A DNA stretch of 63,300 bases, counting the filler, from Bigelowiella natans CCMP2755 (Eukaryota; Protista; Cercozoa), in the NCBI GenBank assembly GCA_000320545.1. It is 4 parts of 4 records of this genome, joined end to end, with 100 filler letters (N's around TTAATTAATTAA, not from the genome) between each part and the next. Parts side by side here need not be neighbours in the genome. Positions count along the whole stretch, not along the records: positions 29,327 to 59,996 come from ADNK01002879.1; 3 more parts are not named here. The stretch is one strand, 5' to 3'. Below, one piece after another: positions 40,001 through 51,448 of this stretch; the stretch's first letter is position 1, and the number at the start of each line of letters is the position of its first letter. The notes below the pieces were generated by a model, which saw nothing but the letters and a program-made list of their open reading frames with translations, had not been told where the DNA came from and searched no databases. Both the position numbers and the translations under genes were made by a program.

Positions 40001-40407
40001 AACCAACCATTCTGTTTTCTCTTTCTTACTGCTATTCTCCTTCTACCTCTTTAGCAACTTCTACTAGTGTCAACACTCAGTTGACCAACCCCACTGCTCA
40101 CTTCTCAATGCCATTAAAAAAAGCTACTCCTCATACTCGTTGGCCAATCCTGCTGCTACTATCTTACTTCTATTGCTACTACTAGCACTACTTCTACTAC
40201 TACTGCTACTATGAGTCCTACTGCTACTGAAAATTAACCCAACTCTTCCATCAATCACCCAATGCTGCAGGTTGTACTGCCTAACTAGCAATACTGCCGC
40301 TGCTACCCACCATCATTGTCCTTCGCCTCGATGTTTGCCTTTTGCTCAATTAAACACTTCAGACGAGCGAGATCGCTGTTCCTTGCTGCTTCGAAGATGT
40401 CAGACAT
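32250..40407 (-). CDS. Ankyrin-repeat, coiled-coil, Ser/Thr protein kinase, RING-like and RING2/Rcat-like (RBR-type) zinc-finger protein; multi-exon
   Basis: Exon 1 (40407-40311) encodes MSDIFEAARNSDLARLKCLIEQKANIEAKDND. Six 99-nt ankyrin exons follow, then a cap exon GTTALYWANEQGHNDIVHFL with E/R/K coiled coil and further helical exons. The kinase exon has VVLK, HHNIVPL, LHHAGVVHRDLKPANILI, IADFD, GTHGFIDPQ, SDMYSF and RRPSAAQILTH. The C-terminus has CSNANGLPHFTC..C..CP..C and CPRCK..FTGCFALKCDNCGCGFCAWDLVDCGEDAHEHVREC. Confidence 0.88.
37092..37280 (-). repeat. 54-bp (18-aa) coding tandem repeat, about 3.5 copies, E/R/K-rich single-alpha-helix/coiled-coil linker
   Basis: EKKARQEAKEVERRRREA / KQKLRQEAEEVERRRREA / EKKAKQEAEEVERRRKEA / EEKARQE. 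Confidence 0.8.
37560..39930 (-). repeat. Tandem array of six ~412-bp exon+intron units, each holding one 99-nt ankyrin exon
   Basis: Exons at 39747-39845, 39335-39433, 38923-39021, 38511-38609, 38100-38198 and 37688-37786. Spacing is 411-412 bp, with ccag acceptors, gtgggtag donors and near-identical introns. Confidence 0.95.
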
Positions 40408-40644
40408 TGTCTCACTGTTTCTGCAATCACTGTGACGATAAGGGTGGGTGGCAATGTGGGGGGGACGCCTGTCGCGTATTTGCGCGTAAGAAAGATTGCA
40501 AGAGTTGTAAGATTTATCTTTTCCGTGTCAAAATTCCTATTTGTCGCCCTAGTACCGGCAATTTTCGTAAAAGGCTTACAATGATTGGCTATTTAAGTGA
40601 ATTTCACATTAGATGTGTCGTTCTAGCCGGGTAGATCTGTTCCT

Positions 40645-40794
40645 GGCAGGGGGGCAGGGTGGCAGTGTCGGAATCTAGTTCGTGAGTTACGGTAGTTATT
40701 CTCGCTCTCGGCCGACCGATTTATTAAATTCCGACACTACCGCGAATATCGGCAGAACAATCGGCAGGCCTTCTACTACCCTGCCGACCCTGCC
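40645..40794. mobile_element. Small MITE-like element with imperfect terminal inverted repeats
   Basis: Left ggcaggggggcagggtggcag versus right ctactaccctgccgaccctgcc, plus an internal inverted pair agtgtcggaat / attccgacact. No target-site duplication confirmed. Confidence 0.35.
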
Positions 40795-42243
40795 GCACTT
40801 AGAGAATGGAGGTCATTCCTGATAAAAACCGCAGTAGTCCCAACCGACCTTTTTCGGCACGGCTGTCTTCAGAAGGAAGAAGGCTTCTCACCCGCACGTT
40901 TGAAGAAACGTAACTCGTAACTCGCAAATCAAAACGGCCTGGAAGAGCAGGGCCCAGCTATTTGCAGAGTGGGTCCTTGATAATCCATCACGCCACTTGT
41001 GTAGATAGTCCTACACTCAGGTTTGTAGTCTACGATCTGGATAGTTTGTCGTGTGGGCATGAACATGTGTGTGTGTGATGATCTGACGGATGTAGCAAAA
41101 CCTGATTACAGCAATTTGAAAAGAACATTCCCGACCTCTTCGCATTGATCCACATGTCTATATGTTCTTATAACGCGTTCACGCGACACGGCATGCTTCC
41201 AAGTGCATGGTGTGCGCGTTTCCTTGCAGATGCACTAACTTTTTTTGGTTCATTTTGCCGCAGTGCGCGTTTCGTGTTAATTTTCTCAATGTCCTTTTTT
41301 TCCTCACATCCGTCGTCGTCCTAATCGTGTTCTGAGTTACGCTTTCCCCCAGTTGCACTTGAACAATGCGCTCACACGATAACTTCTAACATTTCTAATC
41401 AGCGACGAGATGACGCAAATGCGGAAACCTAACATCGACTGTGCATGTTCGATTATTCTGAAGCCAACGAGCCAACCAGTCTAGCATTTGAAGGTATAGA
41501 CTTAAAGCCTGTCTATCGCTGGAAATAGTACAGGGAAGAACAGAGGGTTCAGCTAAACGTGTTCTTTTGTTTCCGATAAAATGGGCAAAATATATGCTAC
41601 CTCTCACGCTGGAAATTCTAGACACCTTTCAAAGGAAGCAACGATCATGATGGTAGGGAGAAATGGTAAAGAGCACGAAAGGCAGGCATCCTCTCATGGA
41701 GCGAAAGTGGTATGCAGGTGGCATCAAACGTTCCCGCCACAACTGCCGTTGTTTTGATTCTGCTGAACCTACGACTAAAACAATTAGTTCCACTAATTTT
41801 GGAAAGGAGCAGGAAAGGGGAGCTACGTTCTGCCAGAATTAGGTTTTACAACTTTACAACTAAAAATAAAATATGCGAAATATTCCAGACCTACAGACTG
41901 TGCGCGGCAATTTGTGTGCGAATTATAGACAACGTAAAATAACATGAATTTGCTCTGCATATAAACATATAAAATCACTGTGCCCATCATATGAGGTCTT
42001 TCAAACCATCCGGATCAACCTCCCTTTCAGCTAATGTCTTGCACGTCTTCGTACAAAGTCAATTTTGCGAGGTAGTCAAAAGTCAAAAACAAATGAAAGC
42101 CATGCCATGCGAATAGTTCCAGCTGCTGCGTGAGAGGTCAGTCTTTGTGCACGCTAAAAATGGGTTGGATGGCCTAAACTCTCAAACTCTCAAACATTTT
42201 CCTATGTTACAAATCTCATTTGCGCGCACCAAGAGTCAAAATG

Positions 42244-42666
42244 GTGTAGGTATTAGAATAGCAGGATCCGATTTTGCTGGATGATTTGTACAACATGTCA
42301 CAATTTGGCCAGTTTGTTCTGGTATCCCATCAATAAGGTTCAATAATTTAGAAAGATGAAGAGGGTTTTCAGATATTTTTGGTTGATTGATCACATAAAA
42401 TTTAGAAAATCTAGATCAATGGTATCTTTATTCTTTTGCTTTCTTCTTGCTTTTCTCTTGACACTACAGAATTTACTGTATCAACATCGGCGAATATATG
42501 TATTCTTTCATCACACGGTGTATATATTTCCCTTCATTTTCTCAGAAAAGAAAATTGTGTCTGCCTCTTTATTTTGTGTCGAGATTTCACTAATGTCAAC
42601 TCTGATTAGATTTCTATTTAAACATTTGGCTGTTGCTTTTTCGAAACTAGTTTTGCCACACCCTGG
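42244..42666 (-). pseudogene. Degraded intronless BCS1-like AAA+ ATPase fragment, possibly giant-virus (NCLDV)-derived
   Basis: Reading across frameshifts: PGCGKTSFEKATAKCLNRNLIRVDISEIST (Walker A), EADTIFFSEK, PCDERIHIFADVDT (Walker B-like) and LHLSKLLNLIDGIPEQTGQIVTCCTNHPAKSDPAILIP (BCS1-type LLNxIDG...TNHxxKLDPALxRP). AT-rich and not called in the ORF track. Confidence 0.8.
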
Positions 42667-42699
42667 CTAGCTGGGGGTCATGAGAACAAATTCCTAAAG

Positions 42700-43220
42700 T
42701 GCATGGGTCTCCATTTTTTCCATACCAAATTTTATTATTATTTTTTAAAAAAATTCATGTAGAGCAACGCAGCGTCTTTGGCACGTCAAAATGCCTGCAC
42801 AAATGCTTTGAATGGACGTGCTAAGATTGGGGCCAATGACACTACCATAGACCTTCGTCTAGCTGCGCGTTTTTCATTGCGTCTAACCAGGCGTCCAGCT
42901 AGCTAGCCCTAAAGCCAGCGTCATTGATGCATATTGATGAAGCGCGCATGCGCGCTATGCGTGCACTTCGCACCCTGCAATGTGCACATACGCACGTCAC
43001 CTGCTGTGCTACACGACCAGTTCTAATGCTATACATGGCGGGGTGCTAGGACGACGATCGCCATGCAGAATTAGAGAAGTGCGAGCTAGCACGGCACCGT
43101 TGTCTTTGTAGATATATTGTGTTGCGCACTACGTGTTTCAAATGATGAAAGCACACGACCTAGCAACCACATTCAGCAGCACTTTCTAGCACCTCCATTT
43201 TAACGAGCTATCGACACGGC
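42700..43220. repeat. TpA-depleted degenerate repeat block
   Basis: Same catg/tgca/ctag-rich composition as the other intergenic blocks; no coding or intron signal. Confidence 0.4.
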
Positions 43221-43246
43221 GGTACGGTTACCATGCCTCTCCATCA

Positions 43247-43264
43247 CTCACCGCCATCATTATT

Positions 43265-43296
<32 letters not shown>

Positions 43297-43629
43297 CGAG
43301 CCCCCCCTCAGGCTGGATGGTGGCAGAAGGTGATTCTAAGGAAGGAACGCCCTCCTCGATTGCACTAGCCATTTCTTGCTGCAAATTCAAATCATCGTCG
43401 TCGTCCTCACCTAGGGAGCGATGTCACATATTATTTGTTTATAGCGAGGGAGGAGGGGGGGAGGGTTGGAGGTAGTCAAGGCAGCGACTATTGATGAGTT
43501 TATAGCTGATTCGACATTGAAAAATAATCTATAAAGAAACTGAACGTAGTGTTGTATATGAGCTACCAACAGTATTTTGTGTACAAATCAATATATTAAT
43601 ATAATATACAAATATATGTGGATATTTAC

Positions 43630-43718
<89 letters not shown>

Positions 43719-43826
43719 TATGAATCCCCACCATCGTTCCCTAGCAGGTCGGAGAGGAGGGCGCTTTTCTTTACATCGTCCGCTGAGGATACCTGACCGA
43801 ACGTATTAGATCTGTCAGCTACTATT

Positions 43827-43862
<36 letters not shown>

Positions 43863-43907
43863 CATATATACATATTATAAACACCCGTATGCATAATATA
43901 CAGGACT

Positions 43908-43945
<38 letters not shown>

Positions 43946-44762
43946 AGCTAGCACCTCAACTGCAAGAGAAGGAGAGTCCTCCGCTCCTTTTGCCATCATC
44001 ATCATAAAGTCCATGATCGATTTTCCAAAAAAAACAAAATAAACACAACAAATACATACACAAGGAACTTAATGCATGATAAGATACATGATTTCCCAGC
44101 AGCATTTCTACTCCTCTAAACACTGAGATATTGCAAACTGTATAGCGCCAGCTGCTCCTTCTCTGCAGCAATAAAAATACCCCCCCCTCTTCCCCCCCTC
44201 AAAACACAAACATACACACACACACACACACGCACACGCTATCACCACACAGCCGCTCCAACCGCAAAAGCAGGATACATATATCGTTGATTTGTATAAA
44301 AGTACTATGAAGGCAGTGCAGAGGACCGGTATTAGTTTCAGGAAGATCGAAGGTCGCGACGGTGGACAGCATTGCCGTGTCTAAGTAGAGAGAGAGCAGT
44401 GATATGCTTTTCATCAGCGCAGTCCCAACAATGTAGAATCCAACATACGCATCTCTTTGATTTGCTGCGACGACGATGACGATGATGATGGCAATGATCA
44501 AGACGATGATGATGACAATTATGATGGTGAGAAATTGGGGAAACAACGCCCGAATACCAATGACAGGGCCTTCTTTCGCAGACGATGATGTGCCTTCTTT
44601 GAAGATGCAGAAGCACACGCAAAAGCAAGGAAGGGCAGCAGCGTGGATCGTAGAATGTGTATGAGTTTACGCATTGAGTACAATTAGAGAGATAATCAAA
44701 CAGATCAATTACAGGTAAATCATAGAACCTATTAATCGTCAAATGCATATTTATGCTAATAC

Positions 44763-44813
<51 letters not shown>

Positions 44814-45189
44814 TACATAATAACAAAAACAAATCCATCCAACCTTGCTCCTCCCCCTCGTCCACCTCCTCCTCCACAAGAACAGCAGCCTCAGGAGGCG
44901 GGGGGAGGGCGCTCTTTTTGACAGGGCTCGACTTCAGATCAACCCCCGCACGTGAGGGACCTGTCTTAGCCTGGCCCCTGTTGGGATCAGCAGCCTGGCG
45001 CTGCTTTCGACTCGCCGGTACGCCTTTAGCACGGCGAGGAGGATTGTTATTGTTAGAGCCAGTGGTGTTCTTTCTGCCCCCCCTCACCCGCTGCTGCTGC
45101 TGCTGCTGCTTCTTCTTCTTCGAGGCGGGGGACTTTATTCCTATGTTTGTGTGCTTGTGTGTGTGTGTGTGTGAGTGAGAGAGAGAGAG

Positions 45190-45231
<42 letters not shown>

Positions 45232-45454
45232 CAAGTGGGAGGGATTGGGCGAGGGGATATACAAACATGGATAAAGCCGGGAAAAGATGCCTCAACTGCT
45301 TTGACCAATTCCCCCCCCTCCCCCCTCCCTACAATATGATGGTGAAAGAGGAAGAATGCATAGTGATATACTCGTCAGGGCATTTTTATGCGTGTATGCG
45401 CTTACGATTTGCATCCACGACGACGAAATCCTGCTGTGCCTGCACACATCGAGG

Positions 45455-45496
<42 letters not shown>

Positions 45497-45722
45497 TAAT
45501 ATATAAGCCATCAAAAGGGGGGCAGTAGTTGGTAGATAACTGAGAGATGGGGAAAAGGTGTACGGAATAGAGAAATGACGAGCTTCTAACAGCATTGTCG
45601 TGGGTATTGTCATCGTGAAGTATATAAATACGTGTTGTCATGTTTATCACAGAGAGAGAGGGCCAATCCTACCTTCTTCCTCCTCATATTCGCAAGGCCG
45701 AATCGAGGCTTAACCTGCATCA

Positions 45723-45755
<33 letters not shown>

Positions 45756-46401
45756 CATTATCAGACTTCCAAAGAAACGAGCACCCCCCCCCCCCCCCTT
45801 GAGAAGGAAGATGCACGTTGCGAGGAAATCGAGGAAAGATCTTCTTAACAAGGCTTGCTGCCCTTGCTGCGGCGCTGCTGTATGATGAACCTGTAGTGGA
45901 TGGATGGGCAGCTCGTACTTCCAACGAGAGCACTCGAAGGTCTTGATCGTGTCGATGTACTCGGCTGATGATGATGATGATGATGATCATGATGATGATG
46001 ATGATGATGATTGATGATGAGCGATGGCTGTGCGTGTGTTGTATTGAATAATCGAAAATTGCGAATATAGTCTTGAGTGCGTCCAGCTTTGCTTTGCCTC
46101 TCATACGGCGCGCATATTCCAGAAGAATGCACGTCCTTGGTGGTCAAAGCATCATCATCATCGTCATTATCATCATCGCCATGCACATATTCTCTACAGT
46201 CCTTATTGTCGCCCCCCCCACCCCCCCTCCCTCCCTCCCTCTTCTCCTGGCACTGACCTAGGCACGCATTGATTAGCATCGGAACTCCAGTATCCGGATT
46301 GATTGATTTCGCATACCTTTGAAGCAGAAGTTGATGTCATATAAATCCAACAATAAACACAGGAAGGGAAACATGTATAACGTGGAGAGACTACTCTCTC
46401 C

Positions 46402-46440
<39 letters not shown>

Positions 46441-46518
46441 CTCCCCTCCCACACAAATACTTACATCTCTAGATGTGAGAGTAGTCCTTTAAGAGATAAA
46501 TCCTACACAACAACACAC

Positions 46519-46558
<40 letters not shown>

Positions 46559-46999
46559 CATAACGTTTATATGATATAAACGCCTTTGACGTCCCCCTCC
46601 CCCACATATCGTACACGCACACATCCTTTGGCATGCAGAAATCTTATATATCTTTGCCGCACACACCTTGTTTTGGAACTTAAGTCCGGACAAAATCGCC
46701 TAAGTTGGTAACAGGAAGAAGGCCAGTCATGAAGCAAATGCTTTCATATTTGTACGTGCGTGTGCATGCGTGCATGTGTGTTGTTATCTTTCCTTCAACC
46801 CCCCTCCCCCACCCCTTCACCACCTTCTTTGTCATCTTGCTCACAGATACGGTGAGGGAGGAGTAGTGCCTGTAAGAGCGCAGCGCGCCAAAACACATGA
46901 AAAAGGGAGACAACGACAAGGGGATTGTATCTATGTGTGCATGATTCTACAACTGTACATCGTTGATTGTTTATCAGTACTATATATACACTTATATAA

Positions 47000-47037
<38 letters not shown>

Positions 47038-47186
47038 GAGGAACACAGGGAGATCTCGTCGTATAAACTTTTCTTGCCTTCGATTCGCCTTAGATATGCT
47101 CCTAATACGCATAAAAAACAATAGTGCACAGTAGTGGTAGTAGCGTCGATTAGGAGGAAATGCATACAACGATGATAACAGAGAGG

Positions 47187-47249
<63 letters not shown>

Positions 47250-47275
47250 AAACTCTTTTTTCTCTCCCTTGTACA

Positions 47276-47315
<40 letters not shown>

Positions 47316-47768
47316 TACCGCACACACTCAATAGCGTAATCATTGCCAACACAAAGCTGTTCGCAGTCATTTCGTATGCGCTGTAGATAGGCGCGGGAAG
47401 AGGGGAGGAGGGGGGGGCATAGCACTTACTGTTGGTACAACAACAACTTGCTCTCGGTGTCTTTCAGGATCTCATCAAATTTCCCTCTCACCTGCCCAGA
47501 AACAACAGAAGGAGGAGCACCATCAATACACGATATACACATCCTCGAGTTCTGTGGATCTAGCAGATCTCTGCGCTGCTATTGCTGCTACGTCTCTTCT
47601 ATTGTTTGCGTGTGCACTTTGAATACCGACCATCTCGGACACGCCGGTGCTGATAGCTTGGAAGAGCGACGAGAAACGGCCCTGTGAGAACACCGTCGCC
47701 AACAATAGCAACAACATCATCAACAACAGCGAATACGGTATTAGATGTGACACGTAAGTGTGCCCTTG

Positions 47769-47812
<44 letters not shown>

Positions 47813-49552
47813 TTTAATCAACTAATATAATAGATAATACTATACACAGCGCAATCCGCAACACATCAGATTCATCCATTCCCAAGACCTACCTCCTCAT
47901 GACTCTGCGGCTGATTTCGTTTCTCAATCTCACGTCTACGTGCCTCCTGAGGAGTCATTCACCACAAGAGAGCGACCGACAACTCAAAACACACGCAAAA
48001 ACCCAAAACAACTGTTACTGGAAAAAAAGAAGAACATCAAAAGAACCATATCCTTCATTATGATTGTACTGCCTCCGGCCAATCTGCTTTGCTGGCTATC
48101 CAGCAAGCTATCGAATACTCATCGAACGCAACGCTAGTGGAGAGCGAAAGAGGGGGAGGGGGAGGGGGGGGATTGCGCACCTTGCACGCCCTCAGCATCT
48201 CGATCGATTCTCGTTTCTAAACAAGCAAAACCGGACATATAACATCATATTATACCATGCCAACTATTGTTTGTTTTGTCTTAGTACGGGGTCTTTAAAC
48301 AGATGGCGACGAATTATTGCGAACACGAACGTCAGCCTCCCTCTGTCAATACTACTACTACTATTACTACTACTACTACTACTACTTCTTCTTCTACAGC
48401 TACTACTACTACTATGGCTGCTCCTACAACGACTAATATCACATTACTACTGCTACTACACTCGACGCACCATCCTCTTCACGTCATCTCCCAGCTCAAA
48501 GATCTCATGCCCAGCCTACACACGCATAAGAGCAGCCATAAATGCACAAACCACTGCGCATGAAGCGTCCTTGCCGATTGGTAAAAAGGAGACTTGAGCG
48601 CAACCGCCCCTCCCCCCCTGAATGTGCGAGAGAAAAGGAACGAGTAGGGAAGGGAGGGGGGGGCTCGCTCACCCCGCGGTGTTTGTTGAATAGGAGAGTG
48701 TATTTGGCCTTGGCGTCTTTTGCCACTTGCCCGAGCGGGTGGACAACCTGTATATTGCGGCGCGTGTTTTTGATAATTTTGGGTGAGAAATAGTCGTATA
48801 TTCAACCGAGCTTCTTTCGGATTTAGTAACCATTATGATGTTAGCGTCAGTATGATGATGGGGGTTCCATCATCATCATCATCATCATCATCTTCTTCGT
48901 CGTCGTCATCACTGTAATCGTTATCATCATCCTCATCATCACCATCACTACCATGACCTCACCTGTTCCAACATGTCACTCGCAATCCTGATCCTTCTCA
49001 CGGCCTGCTTCCTGAGAATATCCTCTGACACTTGCGAGGCCTTTTCCAAACAACAACAACAACAACAGCAGCAGCAGTAAATATAAGAAAATAGGAATAT
49101 CCAGCAGTTACGACGCCACTGCTTATGAACAAGTGTCTCAAAGAGGCGGACTTTGAAGTAAACGTTCAACTGCTCCTTCCGCAGCAACCACGACAGTGAT
49201 TGAGGAAGGAAATCGTGGGTATTTTCCTAGACACTTGCAGATATTTCAATACATCCCGCTGTTCCCTAGATTCCTCCCCTCCCCCCCCCTGCCTCGTGGT
49301 TAAGGTGTGGTTTGGCGCGTTACTTTGGCCAGGGGGTCTAAGATGAAGCCCTGCTCTCCGTTATCGCCTCTGGGTTCTGTTGGCGATTTGCCCTCTGTGG
49401 AAGATGAGGAGGAGGAGGAGGCAGCTGATGCGTGGCCTTCTTTTTTATGTTCCTTCTTCACACCTATGGAGGTGTGTTGGGATCGCTTTAATGTAGCTTC
49501 TTTGTTTGTTTGTTTATTTCTTTGTTTGTCGTGTGTGTATATGTGCGCGCGC

Positions 49553-49603
<51 letters not shown>

Positions 49604-49788
49604 TGTGTGTCGGAAAAATTATATACCTCCCCCTCCTGCACTTGCTTCCGATTTGGCGGTCTTCGTTGCAGTCTAATCAATAATATGACGACGAGGGGGG
49701 AGGGGGGTTCAGGTTCCACACATATTCCTACTAATGCCAAGAAATCTTCCAACAGAAGATAGGTATGCGTGCTGATGCACACACACGG

Positions 49789-49840
<52 letters not shown>

Positions 49841-50600
49841 CTTTGCTGTGTGCGTGTGTGTGTAGGTTCATATAATCCGACTGTACCTGAATACGCAGCT
49901 TCTTGAGCGAATTAAGAATCTTTTTGTTGTGCTCCCTGAGTTGTTCACGTGTATATAATATACGTTTGTGCAAGGTATGTAGTGAGGATATATAACTGAA
50001 TAATTTATATATCATTTTAAAGTCAAAATGAAGCGTTCATAGTAAACAGTCTTCCGAGGCGCCACACGTAGCGTTGTTGTGTTTTCGAGCGACAGCAACC
50101 ACCTTTCGCCTGAATAGACGGTTCCTAGAGCCTTGTGAATACGCTCGCAGCTCATCAACACGTTCTTCACCTGTAAATCCGCTAGATGAGCAGAGGACGA
50201 GAGACGTGGGATGGGGAGGATGGAGTGTTACATTGCTGGCAATGTCGTTAGCAGCCACGACAAACCCTGCAGGCCCCGGTTTGAACTTCATCGTTTGCAG
50301 CACCTGCAAAACGCCAAAAAACGCACGCCCTTATAACTACGCGCAGAGGTGATTCGCACTTGGTTGTACAAGTGAACTAGCAGGCTGCAATGGCGCAGGG
50401 CAACATGGGTAGATCCGCTCTTTTGTAAGATCGAGAATGCTTATGAGGCATAGCACCATGGAAGAAGACGCGAAAATGAACAACCTTCGCTGCGTTTGTT
50501 GAGGACGGGTCCTTTGGGACTTCAAGAGAGACCTCCTCCATAGCGTGTCTTCGATTCTATATATACCATAGAGATCAGTTGAATACACCACTCCTCTTTG
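43247..50600 (-). CDS. Long multi-exon hypothetical gene (possibly more than one) with an acidic C-terminus; structure approximate
   Basis: Many short minus-strand exons between microsatellite introns, e.g. VLQTMKFKPGPAGFVVAANDI.., EQLREHNKKILNSLKKLRIQ, ASQVSEDILRKQAVRRIRIASDMLEQ, VRGKFDEILKDTESKLLLYQQ, AYLQRIRNDCEQLC, GIKSPASKKKKQQQ.., and terminal EDDDDDLNLQQEMASAIEEG..DDNNDGGE*. No family recognised. Confidence 0.45.
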
Positions 50601-51448
50601 TGACTTAATCTATCCGCTTCTCTCGCCCTCCCTGCACCCCACGCCGCACATTGGCACCCCCTTCCCCTCCCCCCCCCCTCCTTCTCCGTAGCTCTAGTAT
50701 ACACAGAGAGATTTGTAAAGTATTCTTTCAACACAACAACAATAAACGGCCCCCTCCTCCCCAGCACACACGTATTCGGGTAGTGGTAGTCGCCGTCGCC
50801 TTTAAATCAGATAAATTCAGGCACAAAATGTAAGATATTTATAGGAAAAAGTCTAATCTATATCGAAAATATAGTCACAGATCTTTTTGAATTTTTAACT
50901 TTGAAACTTTACACGTCCTTTAGTTATTACCAGTATATTTTCTGCTCTTAAAATCGCTCTCAAAATTTCAGGTATTTCCAGGATTTCCCGCACAAAAGGG
51001 ATATTCTCTTTGACTGCGACTTGGCAGCTTTTCTGTCGTCGAATGGAAACTGGTGTAAAGCAACACATACCACCATACGAGATTCCAACGCGGTATTTTT
51101 AGTCTACATCCGTTCGATTTTGTGTCGTTGGCTGAAAATCCCCGTCCATAAATTCGGTAAGATTCTGTCAGAAATTTCAGGAATAAGCGCGTGGCGACGG
51201 AGTCTGGTCTTTGCTCCTCTCCTGCACCAGAATCGATGGATCGGCTAGGATGTACATGGGAACAAAAGTGCTGTTGTTCCCCCATCGATTTTTAAGATTT
51301 AGCGTCAAAAGTCGTTGTCGCACGCATGCGATAGCCAGGATTTGCGCGTACGTCGACCTCTCCGGCCATATGTCCTTTTTTCAAAATCCAAGCATCCAAG
51401 CACCAGTACTAGATTACCTTCCGACCCTGCTATTCCCCTGGGGAACCC

